Source: Gemmatimonadaceae bacterium
Lineage (GTDB): Bacteria; Gemmatimonadota; Gemmatimonadetes; Gemmatimonadales; Gemmatimonadaceae
NCBI GenBank assembly: GCA_025929535.1
Contig: JAICLZ010000002.1
Coordinates: 18,565 to 82,564 of the forward strand
DNA: 64,000 bases
Reading direction: 5' to 3'
The stretch's first letter is position 1; each line of letters begins with the position of its first letter. Of the stretch, positions 27,237 through 36,074 are shown in pieces. The position numbers and the translations under genes are program-made. Below the pieces are notes generated by a model. It worked only from the letters and a program-made list of their open reading frames with translations. It made no database searches and was not told where the DNA came from.

Positions 27237-27768
27237 TCGCACGCCCATCGCGCGTACATCGCACCTACGCACGCGACTCACGAAACGTGCGTAGTCGCGC
27301 TCAGCACGATGCGACCTGCCATCGAAACGATCGCGCGCATGATTTTCGCGCAGAGCGACCCTCGATCTCGTATACTGATCGAATCGAACGTAATTCGTGA
27401 TGCAGGCCACATTGCGCTGTCCACCGGCAAAAGGAAGGGAACGTAGAAAGCATCTCGGGTACTAGGCAGGACGTCGGCGTCGTCGGGCGAGCGCACTCTT
27501 TTTTCGAGTGAACGGTGACGCGGTGGCCGCAGCCGAGGTTTCTCTCGGTTATGGACTCGAAAAACAGCCGAGTTGTGACGGACTCGTCCCATACGGCTGC
27601 GGGAACATTCCTGGCATCCCGAGCATCAAGAAATTTATTCCTCGGCCCGTTAGAGGAAGCAGCGATTCGTAATTTTTGGGCTCGCCGTGTGCAATATGGT
27701 ATTTCGTCGTGCGAATCTCTCCGGCCGTGGCTCCCGCCGCGCTCGGTCATCCTTCCGCCGTCGAGCAA

Positions 27769-29331
27769 ATGATCCCTCGCACTGCTTTGGTCGTCTACGG
27801 TATCGCGCTGCTCCTGCTGTCGCTGGTCAGCCTCAATCGCTACGTACTCGTTTCGTTCTATCGCCGCAGTCGCCCACGCTGGCTCGAGCACCCGGCCGCG
27901 CTCGAAGACAGCGAGCTTCCCCACGTCGTCGTGCAGTTGCCGATCTACAACGAGCGCTATGTGCTCGCGCGACTGCTGCGATCCGCCACCGAGCTCGACT
28001 ATCCGCGCGAGCGCCTCTCCATCCAGGTCCTCGACGACTCCACCGACGACACCGTGGAGCTCGCGCGCAGTCTCGTCAACCGGTATCGCGCGCAGGGCTT
28101 CGACATCGCGCACGTCCATCGGAGTGACCGGGAAGGCTTCAAGAGCGGCGCGCTCGCGAACGGGCTGAATCACACCACGGCCGAATTCATCGCGCTCTTC
28201 GACGCGGACTTCGTCATCCCGCCGAACTTTCTGCGCGCGATGCTTCCCCACATGCGCGACCCGAAAGTGGGCATCGCGCAGGGACGCTGGGGGTATCTCA
28301 ACGAGGAGTACTCCACCCTCACCCGCGCGACGGTGATGGGCCTCGACGCGCAGTTCGCCATCGAGCAGACCGGCCGCTCCTACGGCGGCCTGCTCCTCGG
28401 CTTCAACGGCACCGGCACGCTGTTGCGCGCACAGTGCATTCGCGAAGCGGGCGGCTGGCAGCACGACACGATCACGGAAGACCTCGATCTCAGCTATCGA
28501 GCCCAGCTCGCCGGGTGGCGCATCGACTACGTCCCGAGTGTGGTCTGCCCGTCAGAGCTGCCGGCCGACGTGCACGGGCTCAAGGCGCAGCAGTTCCGCT
28601 GGACGAAGGGCACGCAGGAGACCGCGAAGAAGATGCTTCCGCCGCTCATGCGATCGGATCTCACTCCGTGGCTCAAGCTGCAGGGCGCATTGCACCTGCT
28701 CTCCAACGGCACGTATCCGATCCTGCTGCTCGTCGGCATCATCAACCCGCTCGTCGTCGTCATCGCGCACCACAATCACATCCGCATCGCCTGGCCCATC
28801 TCCGCCTACTTCCTCTTTTCGCTCTTCGGCACCTACTCGTATCACGCCGAGGCGGAGCGGGCGCTGCACAGGGACTGGTTGAAACGCATGCTCTATTTTC
28901 CGGCGTTTCTCGCGCAGTCGATCGGGCTGAGCGTCAACAACGCCAAGGCGGCAGTCGAGGCGTGGCTGGGAATCAAGTCGGGATTCATCCGCACTCCGAA
29001 GTATGACCTCACACGCCGCGAACAGCGGTGGCAGCAGCTCAAGTATCGGAGCCGCTTCAGCAGCACGGTGTTCTTCGAGCTCGCGATGGCGCTGTACACC
29101 ACCGCGGGACTCGGCTACGCGATCGTGACGCGCGAATACGGCGCCACGCCATTCCTGATTCTCTTCGGCGCGGGATACTGGCTCGTTGCCTGTTATTCGA
29201 TTCACCATGGCCTCGCGCGCGTGTCGTGGATCAAGCGTCCGAACGTGCATCACGTGGAGGAAATCGCGGAGGCGATCTCGCCCGAGCCGATGCGCGCCCC
29301 CGTGGCGATGTCCGCGATGTCGGAGCGGTAG
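27769..29331 (+). CDS. Processive family-2 glycosyltransferase (cellulose-synthase-like / CslA-type beta-glycan synthase)
   Basis: N-terminal TM helix. The GT2 signature is present: VLDDSTDD, FDADF, TEDLDLS and QQFRWTKG. Several C-terminal TM helices follow. Start at ATG 27769. Confidence 0.85.
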   Translation: MIPRTALVVYGIALLLLSLVSLNRYVLVSFYRRSRPRWLEHPAALEDSELPHVVVQLPIYNERYVLARLLRSATELDYPRERLSIQVLDDSTDDTVELARSLVNRYRAQGFDIAHVHRSDREGFKSGALANGLNHTTAEFIALFDADFVIPPNFLRAMLPHMRDPKVGIAQGRWGYLNEEYSTLTRATVMGLDAQFAIEQTGRSYGGLLLGFNGTGTLLRAQCIREAGGWQHDTITEDLDLSYRAQLAGWRIDYVPSVVCPSELPADVHGLKAQQFRWTKGTQETAKKMLPPLMRSDLTPWLKLQGALHLLSNGTYPILLLVGIINPLVVVIAHHNHIRIAWPISAYFLFSLFGTYSYHAEAERALHRDWLKRMLYFPAFLAQSIGLSVNNAKAAVEAWLGIKSGFIRTPKYDLTRREQRWQQLKYRSRFSSTVFFELAMALYTTAGLGYAIVTREYGATPFLILFGAGYWLVACYSIHHGLARVSWIKRPNVHHVEEIAEAISPEPMRAPVAMSAMSER

Positions 29332-29333
29332 CG

Positions 29334-29897
29334 GTGGTGCGGCGGGCGGCGGTCATTGCAGTGCTCTCGCTCGCGGTGGCGTGCAGCAACGACAGCGACA
29401 TGCAGGCGCCCAAGTCGGTGAGAATCGTTCCCGATCTCACCGGCTACAACACGATTCCCCTCGCCGCGTCGGACGCGCAGGGGCCGCAGACGCCGTCGGG
29501 CACGTTCCGCTACATGGTGGTGGACGGCGCGATCGACTGGTACCTGTTCGCGTCGGAGCTCGTGCCGGCGCGCGCGTATCGGGTGGTGCTCACGGCCGCG
29601 GATGGAAAGGAGTACGCGATCGCGAGCCGTCGGTCCGACGCCAAGGGCACGCTGGGCATGCACGGAGTGGAAACGGCGCTCAGGAACCGGCAGTGTGTCG
29701 GTGCGGAGGATCCGTCGCGGCGCACGCTGGAGTCGGCGCGCACGCTGCGCGTGTCGCTCAAGGGCGACGGCTCGGCCAGAGGCGCGAGCTCGAACGATCT
29801 GCTGGGCTCCCGCAGCGCGCTGCCCTGCGGCGGCAATGGCGACGGCAAGTTCGAGTACGTGCTGCAGTCGACGGACGCCGTGCCGGTGGCACCGTAG
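29334..29897 (+). CDS. Lipoprotein, member 1 of a triplicated unknown family (CVG ... C-x-GNGDG motif)
   Basis: GTG start at 29334 (or 29337), 3 nt after the GT2 stop. Lipobox LSLAVAC. It shares the motifs RAYRVVL, SDAKGTL, CVG and PCGGNGDGKFEYVL with 31423..32082 and 37857..38534. Confidence 0.7.
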   Translation: MVRRAAVIAVLSLAVACSNDSDMQAPKSVRIVPDLTGYNTIPLAASDAQGPQTPSGTFRYMVVDGAIDWYLFASELVPARAYRVVLTAADGKEYAIASRRSDAKGTLGMHGVETALRNRQCVGAEDPSRRTLESARTLRVSLKGDGSARGASSNDLLGSRSALPCGGNGDGKFEYVLQSTDAVPVAP

Positions 29898-29906
29898 CGT
29901 CCTACG

Positions 29907-31508
29907 CTATTGCTTCGTCGCATTGCGGGTATCGACCAGCGCCACGCGCACACCGGCACTCGCATCGGAGGTGTACTCGTCCTGCAGCACCGCCGCGTGC
30001 AGCGAGTCTTGCAGCTCCTGCGGCGCGAGTGTGTAGAGCGGCGAGCGATAGTCGATCACCACCCAGGTGCGGCCCGGCGGAAGCTTCGCGAGCTCGCGGC
30101 CGGCGGAGGCATCGGCAGCGAGGCCGACGACCGGGAAGTCGGGCGAGCCGAGATAGAATCGGAGCGGTGCGTTCATCTCGCGCGGCTGGATCATCACGCG
30201 ATCGCCGGGCCTGAGATCGTGCAGGATGAGGGCGGCGGTGGGCCGATAGTCGCTGTCGCGCGAGACCGCGGCTTTCGTCGTGCGCGTGCCGAGCAGCATG
30301 GCGGCTACGAGCACGGCGAGCGCGAGGAAGCGTGTCTGGCGATGGAGCGCGGCGAGGCCGTCGGCGAGTAACAGCAGCAGGAATGGAACGACGAAGAGGA
30401 AGTAGCGCTCGGTCTCGAGGGCGCGCGACATCGAGATGAGAACGGCGAAGGCGAGCGGAACGATGAGCGCGAACAGCAGCAGGCGTTGCGCACCTTGCAC
30501 GGATGGTGTTGCCGCAGGAGTCTGGCCAGCCTTCGAGCGAGCCCGTATGGTGGCGTCGCCGGCGGCCACGAACACGAGCAGAGTGAGGGGCTGGACTATG
30601 AGCAGCGTCGTGAATCGCCCCATCGACCCCGTGCGCTGCAGCAGATCATTGTACGCGAACCAGAAGTCGGAGGCGTAATAGTGCTGGCCGGCGACCACTG
30701 CAAAGGGAAACAGCAGGGCGGCGCGCAGCGAGCGCTCGAATCCGAGGGCCGAGCGCCACGCCTGCGAGGAAGCGGCGGTCCCGATGCTGACGAACGCGAG
30801 ATAGACTACGACGATGCCGAGAATCGCCAGCTGCGCCGCGACCCACGTGATCACCGTCCAGCGATTCGGGCGGGCGCGCGACTGCCACCAGAGCACCAGA
30901 GCGTCGAGATTCAGCGCCACGAGGAGCGTGCCGGCCACCGGGTGCGTGAACAGGAGAGTCATGCCGGCGATCGTGTACCAGAGGAGCGCCGAGCGCGAGC
31001 CCGTTACATCTCGCAATGCCAGGGCGCGCTCTCGCCACTCCACGTACGCCCAGAACGTGAGCAGCGCCACGAGGGAGGTCAGCATGTACATGCGCGCCTC
31101 CTGCGCGAAGTACAGCTCGAGCGGCGAGAGCGCAGTGAGCAGGGCGGCGATCAGTCCAGCGCGGCGCGAGAGCAGCTTCGCACCGAGCGCGTACACCGCC
31201 GGGATGAGCGCGATACTGGCCAGCACGGAAAATGCCCGCAGCGCGAAGACGGAGTCGCCGAAGGCGGAGATCCACGGCTTGAGGAGTACAAAGTAGAGTG
31301 GACCAACCGGACTTCCGCGCAGCTCGCCGATCAGCGTCGACCATGAGCGGCGTGCCACCTGCCACGAATTGGCCTCATCGAGCCAGAGATTCGCGGCAGT
31401 CAGGCCGTGCAGCCGGATAGCGATGGCTACACAGACGAATCCGAGCACCAGCCAGGACTCCCTTCCTACACCGCCGACTACGACGCGCTTCGATCCCGTG
31501 CGCCTCAT
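29907..31508 (-). CDS. GT-C fold glycosyltransferase, PMT_2/ArnT-like (GT39/GT83-type)
   Basis: A first-loop motif LWLDEANSW follows TM1. There are about 11 TM helices and a C-terminal soluble domain. The start is ATG 31508 (MRRTGSK) or 31538 (MNQNSAP); the ORF extends to 31709. Confidence 0.75.
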   Translation of the reverse strand: MRRTGSKRVVVGGVGRESWLVLGFVCVAIAIRLHGLTAANLWLDEANSWQVARRSWSTLIGELRGSPVGPLYFVLLKPWISAFGDSVFALRAFSVLASIALIPAVYALGAKLLSRRAGLIAALLTALSPLELYFAQEARMYMLTSLVALLTFWAYVEWRERALALRDVTGSRSALLWYTIAGMTLLFTHPVAGTLLVALNLDALVLWWQSRARPNRWTVITWVAAQLAILGIVVVYLAFVSIGTAASSQAWRSALGFERSLRAALLFPFAVVAGQHYYASDFWFAYNDLLQRTGSMGRFTTLLIVQPLTLLVFVAAGDATIRARSKAGQTPAATPSVQGAQRLLLFALIVPLAFAVLISMSRALETERYFLFVVPFLLLLLADGLAALHRQTRFLALAVLVAAMLLGTRTTKAAVSRDSDYRPTAALILHDLRPGDRVMIQPREMNAPLRFYLGSPDFPVVGLAADASAGRELAKLPPGRTWVVIDYRSPLYTLAPQELQDSLHAAVLQDEYTSDASAGVRVALVDTRNATKQ

Positions 31509-32082
31509 CGCGCTCGCGGGCGCACTGTTCTGGTTCATCTTCGTGCGTTCGTCATACGACCACCAATCGGAGTCGGTGCGGCCGGGAGCTGGAATGTCGC
31601 GGGTGACGCTCGCGCAGAAGGATGCCGCCTTCCGGCCGATTCCGCGCGCATCAGGCGGAGCAACCGGCGTCGTGTGGTATGCACACTCCGGTCCCGCGCT
31701 TCGGTTCATTCTGCGCGCGTACGGTCTGCAGCCGCAGCGCCGCTATCTGCTCGAGATACAGGCGGACGACGCAATCTACTCCGTTGCGAGCCATACATCG
31801 GATGCGCGCGGCCAGCTCGCGATCGACACGGCGCTGACGCAATTCGCCGAAGGCGCGTGTGTCGGCACGAACTACGATGCGCCACGCTCGGTGGCAGGGG
31901 CGCACAAGGTGAAATTCTGGATCAAGCGCGATGGCAATCCGCCGTCGGGCGTGTCGCCCAACTCGAAGGCCGGCGCGCCCGGCGCTGCGCTGCCGTGCCG
32001 CGGCAACGGCGATGGCGACTATGCGTACATGCTCATGGAGAACGAGATCGCGAACTTCACGGGCACCGGCGCAACGCCGTGA
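31423..32082 (+). CDS. Membrane-anchored exported protein, member 2 of the triplicated family
   Basis: TM anchor LIALAGALFWFIFV followed by GGATGVVWY, RRYLLEI, SDARGQL, CVG and PCRGNGDGDYAYML. Alternative starts are ATG 31369, GTG 31498 and ATG 31594. The stop is 3 nt before the GH38 start. Confidence 0.65.
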   Translation: MATQTNPSTSQDSLPTPPTTTRFDPVRLIALAGALFWFIFVRSSYDHQSESVRPGAGMSRVTLAQKDAAFRPIPRASGGATGVVWYAHSGPALRFILRAYGLQPQRRYLLEIQADDAIYSVASHTSDARGQLAIDTALTQFAEGACVGTNYDAPRSVAGAHKVKFWIKRDGNPPSGVSPNSKAGAPGAALPCRGNGDGDYAYMLMENEIANFTGTGATP

Positions 32083-32085
32083 CCC

Positions 32086-35000
32086 GTGCACGCTGACGTG
32101 CGCCGGCTAGCGGCACCGGCGCTCGCGATTCTTCTCTGGAGCTGCGAGCACGCCGTCCCCGGAACCGCCATCGCAACCGGCTCGTGCGACGCGCCCATCA
32201 GCGAGTGGCTGCTGGCTGGTCCCTTCCCGCTCGATACCGGACAGCTCCGGCTCGACCGGTCGGACATCGGTAATCCCGCGGAGCTGTTCGCGAGCGCGGG
32301 CGACAGCGTGCCCGGCACGCGCGCGATGCGCTGGCGCGCGGAGTCCTCCGATTCCCTCGGGCGCGTCGATCTGTACAGCGTGTTCCGCGATCCCAAGCTC
32401 GACGACCGCGCGGCCTACGCACTCACGTACATCCGCAGCCCGGAGGCGCGCACGGTGCGCCTCGCGGTCGAGAGCGATGATGACGTGGTGATCTGGCTCA
32501 ACGGCCGGCGCGTCTGGCGCCGCGAGATCGCACGCGAGCTTCGCTCCGGAGCGGACACGATCTCCCTCGCGCTCGCGAGCGGCGACAACCGTCTGCTCTA
32601 TCGCGTAGTCAATCGCGGCGGCGGCTTCGGTCTCGGTGCCCGGCTCCTGGCAATCAGCCGCGATCCGATCGGCGACTTGCGCAGCGAGATCTCGGCCGCC
32701 GCACGCGACGGCGCGCGCCGCGTCTCCCCGGGCGACACGGCGCGCGGACCTGCCGCTCGCGCCGCGGTGACCCTGGGTCCCGTCACAATGGCGCCGCGCG
32801 CCGAGATTCTTCGCGCGGACGCATCGCGCGATCGCGATGCCCGCCCGGCGTCGACGCTCGGCGTTCAGCTGCGCGTCTGTGCCACGCGCTGGGCGAGCAC
32901 GCGCGGGCGGCTCTCGCTCGACGTCGGGGCCTCGCGGGTGCCGCTGCCAACGGGAGAGATCGGACAACCCGTATCGGTGATCGCGAACGCGAGCTGGGAA
33001 GTGCTCGCGCGTGGAGCGCTCGATGGCAGTGCACAGGCCGTCGTGCGATCGGGAAAGAGCACGGTGTCGCACGTCGCGCTCCCGATCACCGCGGACGCGC
33101 TCCTCGAGCTCCTCTCGCATCCGATTACGATCGACCGCTGGCTCGTCTCGCGCGACACGACTCGCGCACGCGATCTCGAGCTGAGCGCCGTCACCGATTC
33201 CACCGAACGCCAGCACCTCCGGCGCATCGATGCCGATCTCGTCGTTCCTGCCGCGCTTGGCGGGCTCGCCCTCACCGCCGACGTGGCGGAGCTCGGCCCA
33301 CCGTACGCGGTGAGCGCGAATGGCGTGCGGCTCACGCCCGACTCGCTGGGTCGCGCGATGCTCTGCGATCCGTGCATCGCGGGCACGCCGCTCGGCATCG
33401 ACATCGAGCCGCACGGGCCGTGGTGGGATCCGCCGCGCCTCCGCGTACATGATCTCGGGTGGGCCGAGATTCGCGATGGGGCGGAGTGGGCGCGCTATTT
33501 CACCGGCGACTCATCGCTCGCGATCCCCGACAGCACGATCGCACGGCAGCTGTTGCGCAGCGTGCTCGATCCGTCGAAGACCGCCTATCACGCCCTGCTC
33601 GGAGAGTGGATCGCGCGTCTCACTCCGGCGAGCGCGCGCATTCGGCGCGACACCATCGACATCGTCGGTCACTCGCACATCGATGCCGCATGGCTCTGGC
33701 AGGTGAGCTCCGGACGGGACGCGATCCAGGCCACGTGGGCCACCGTCACGAAGCTCATGGCGAAGTACCCCGACATGCACTTCGCCGCCTCCTCGGCGCA
33801 ATACTACGAGTGGATCGAGGAGCAGGACCCGGCGCTTCTCGCGCGCATTCAGGCGCTCGCGAAGAGCAACCGCTGGGATCCGGTAGGTGGATGGTGGGTG
33901 GAGTCGGATGCGAACATCCCGTCCGGCGAATCGCTCGTGCGGCAGGCGCTCTATGGGCAACGCACCTTCACGCGCCTTTTCGGCAAGCCGTCGCGCGTGG
34001 CGTGGCTCCCGAACTCCTTCGGCTTTCCATGGTCGCTGCCGCAGATCCTTCGCAAGAGCGGCTTCGATTACTTCGTCACCGAAGAAATGCGCTGGAACGA
34101 CACGAACCACTGGCCGTCGGGGCTCGATACCTTCTGGTGGGAGGGAGTCGACGGCTCGCGCATCTTCACCGACATGATTTATGCCTACGATCACGACCTG
34201 GCACCGCGCCGGCTCGCCAAGGAGTTCGTCGTCACGCGGGACTCGAGTGCGTCGCGGAGAATGCTCACCGTGTACGGCGTGGGCGATCACGGCGGCGGAC
34301 CGACGATGCAGATGCTCGATCGCGCCCGCGCGCTGCAGCGCATTCCCACGTTCCCGGTCGTGCGACAGGCATCACCCGAGTCCTCGCTCGCGCGCATGCG
34401 CCTGGATGCGCGCGCCGGACCCGTGTTGCGCGACGAGCTTTATCTCGAGTTTCATCGCGGCACGTACACAACGCAGGCCAAAACCAAGCGCACGAATCGC
34501 GAGCTCGAAGCGCTCCTCGGTACCGCGGAAACCGCCGCAGCTCTCGCCGACGCTCCGTATCCGCGCGACTCGCTGCGCGCGGCATGGCATCACGTGCTGT
34601 TCAACCAGTTCCACGACATCCTCCCCGGCACGTCCATAGCGGAGGTGTACCAGGATGCCGCCAGGGACTACGCGCAGGCGCAGTCGAGCGCACGAGGGAT
34701 CCTCGAGCGATCGCTTCGCTCGCTCGCGGCTTCCCTGAACACGCGTCCCCGGCACGGCGGCGATACGCCCTATCTCGTATTCAACGCGTGCGGCCGCGCG
34801 CGCGGCGGCCTCGTTCGCATTCGTCTCACGGGCGAGAGAATCGTGCGCGATGCTCTGGGACAGGTGCTCCCGAGCGCCGCCGTGGACTCCGCGCTCGAGG
34901 TGCGCGTTCCGAACGTTCCCGCGCTGGGCAGTGTGCTCGTGTTCGTGGGCACGGCAGCCGCACCCTCCTCCGCCGTGAGCGCCCTTCACACGGCGGGCCG

Positions 35001-36042
35001 CGCCCGCGTGCTGGAGAACGATGCGCTGCGCGTCGAGATCGACTCGGCCACGGGGAACATCGATCGCCTCTACGACAAGCTGCACCACAGGGAATCGCTT
35101 TCGCCGAGTGCCGGAGCGCTGCTGCTCATGGCCGACGCACCCGCCGAGTGGCAGGCGTGGAACATCGACGATCTGCGCGGCAAGCGTGACTGGATCGATC
35201 AGGGCGTTCGCGTCGACTCCGTGGTGCGCACCCCGCTCGGGACATCGCTCACCGTGCATCGCGAGCGCGACAGCATTCGCGTGGCCGAGCGATACACGCT
35301 CCGGGACGCGCCCGCCCGTCTGGACATCTCATTGTCGATCGACTGGCGCGGGCGCGAGCGTCTGCTCAAGCTCGTGGTTCCCTTGGCCTTTCGCGTCGAC
35401 TCGACGCGCGCCGAGATTCCGTACGCCTCGATCGCGCGCCCGACGCGACTCGCAACGCGCCGCGACAGCGCGCGCTTCGAGACTCCGATGCAGCGATGGC
35501 TCGATGCATCATCGCGCGGCTTCGGCGTGGCGGTGGTGAACGATGGCAAGTACGGCTACAGCGCGAGCGGCGACACGCTGTTCATCACGCTGCTCCGAAG
35601 CGCCAAGTGGCCGGATCCGCATGCGGACATCGGGATGCAGACGATCGAATTGAGCATCGTCCCGCACCGCGGCGACTGGCGCGCACCCGAGATCCGCGAG
35701 GCGGCGGACGAGCTGAACTCGCCGCTCGTGGCCCAAGCGGTGAGCCCGCATTCTGGCATCACCGATCGTGGCTCGTGGTTGACGATACATCCCTCCTCCG
35801 TGGCGCTGGGTGCGCTCAAGCGGGCAGAGGACGATGACCGCGTGATCGTGCGTCTGGTCGAGACGAGTGGGCGCGCCACCGTGGCACAGTTGCGCTTCGC
35901 CTCGCCGATGGACGCGAGCGAGACGGACCTGCTCGAGCGCGATCTGCCGAACGGAGTACGAGGTCGCGGGCTCACGCTCGACGTGCCGCTCACGGGCTTC
36001 GAGATCAAGACGATCGCGGTGCGACAATCGCGGCAGCGGTGA
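32086..36042 (+). CDS. Exported GH38 family alpha-mannosidase-like protein with about 540-aa N-terminal extension
   Basis: Lipoprotein-like signal LAILLWSC. The GH38 core carries GHSHIDAAWLW (33667..), VGGWWVESDANIPSGESLVRQ, EFHRGTYTTQ and VGDHGGGP. The expected WLPD(S/T)FG reads WLPNSFG. Confidence 0.85.
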   Translation: MHADVRRLAAPALAILLWSCEHAVPGTAIATGSCDAPISEWLLAGPFPLDTGQLRLDRSDIGNPAELFASAGDSVPGTRAMRWRAESSDSLGRVDLYSVFRDPKLDDRAAYALTYIRSPEARTVRLAVESDDDVVIWLNGRRVWRREIARELRSGADTISLALASGDNRLLYRVVNRGGGFGLGARLLAISRDPIGDLRSEISAAARDGARRVSPGDTARGPAARAAVTLGPVTMAPRAEILRADASRDRDARPASTLGVQLRVCATRWASTRGRLSLDVGASRVPLPTGEIGQPVSVIANASWEVLARGALDGSAQAVVRSGKSTVSHVALPITADALLELLSHPITIDRWLVSRDTTRARDLELSAVTDSTERQHLRRIDADLVVPAALGGLALTADVAELGPPYAVSANGVRLTPDSLGRAMLCDPCIAGTPLGIDIEPHGPWWDPPRLRVHDLGWAEIRDGAEWARYFTGDSSLAIPDSTIARQLLRSVLDPSKTAYHALLGEWIARLTPASARIRRDTIDIVGHSHIDAAWLWQVSSGRDAIQATWATVTKLMAKYPDMHFAASSAQYYEWIEEQDPALLARIQALAKSNRWDPVGGWWVESDANIPSGESLVRQALYGQRTFTRLFGKPSRVAWLPNSFGFPWSLPQILRKSGFDYFVTEEMRWNDTNHWPSGLDTFWWEGVDGSRIFTDMIYAYDHDLAPRRLAKEFVVTRDSSASRRMLTVYGVGDHGGGPTMQMLDRARALQRIPTFPVVRQASPESSLARMRLDARAGPVLRDELYLEFHRGTYTTQAKTKRTNRELEALLGTAETAAALADAPYPRDSLRAAWHHVLFNQFHDILPGTSIAEVYQDAARDYAQAQSSARGILERSLRSLAASLNTRPRHGGDTPYLVFNACGRARGGLVRIRLTGERIVRDALGQVLPSAAVDSALEVRVPNVPALGSVLVFVGTAAAPSSAVSALHTAGRARVLENDALRVEIDSATGNIDRLYDKLHHRESLSPSAGALLLMADAPAEWQAWNIDDLRGKRDWIDQGVRVDSVVRTPLGTSLTVHRERDSIRVAERYTLRDAPARLDISLSIDWRGRERLLKLVVPLAFRVDSTRAEIPYASIARPTRLATRRDSARFETPMQRWLDASSRGFGVAVVNDGKYGYSASGDTLFITLLRSAKWPDPHADIGMQTIELSIVPHRGDWRAPEIREAADELNSPLVAQAVSPHSGITDRGSWLTIHPSSVALGALKRAEDDDRVIVRLVETSGRATVAQLRFASPMDASETDLLERDLPNGVRGRGLTLDVPLTGFEIKTIAVRQSRQR

Positions 36043-36074
36043 GGACCACTTCAGTCCTCGCGCTACCTGCCCTG

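Noticed and set aside
26793-27592. Multiple 70-205-aa ORFs on both strands inside the 1-kb gap
   Set aside because: All are Arg/Ser/Ala-rich and mutually overlapping, and they are generated partly by the tandem repeats. None has an SD or any family resemblance.
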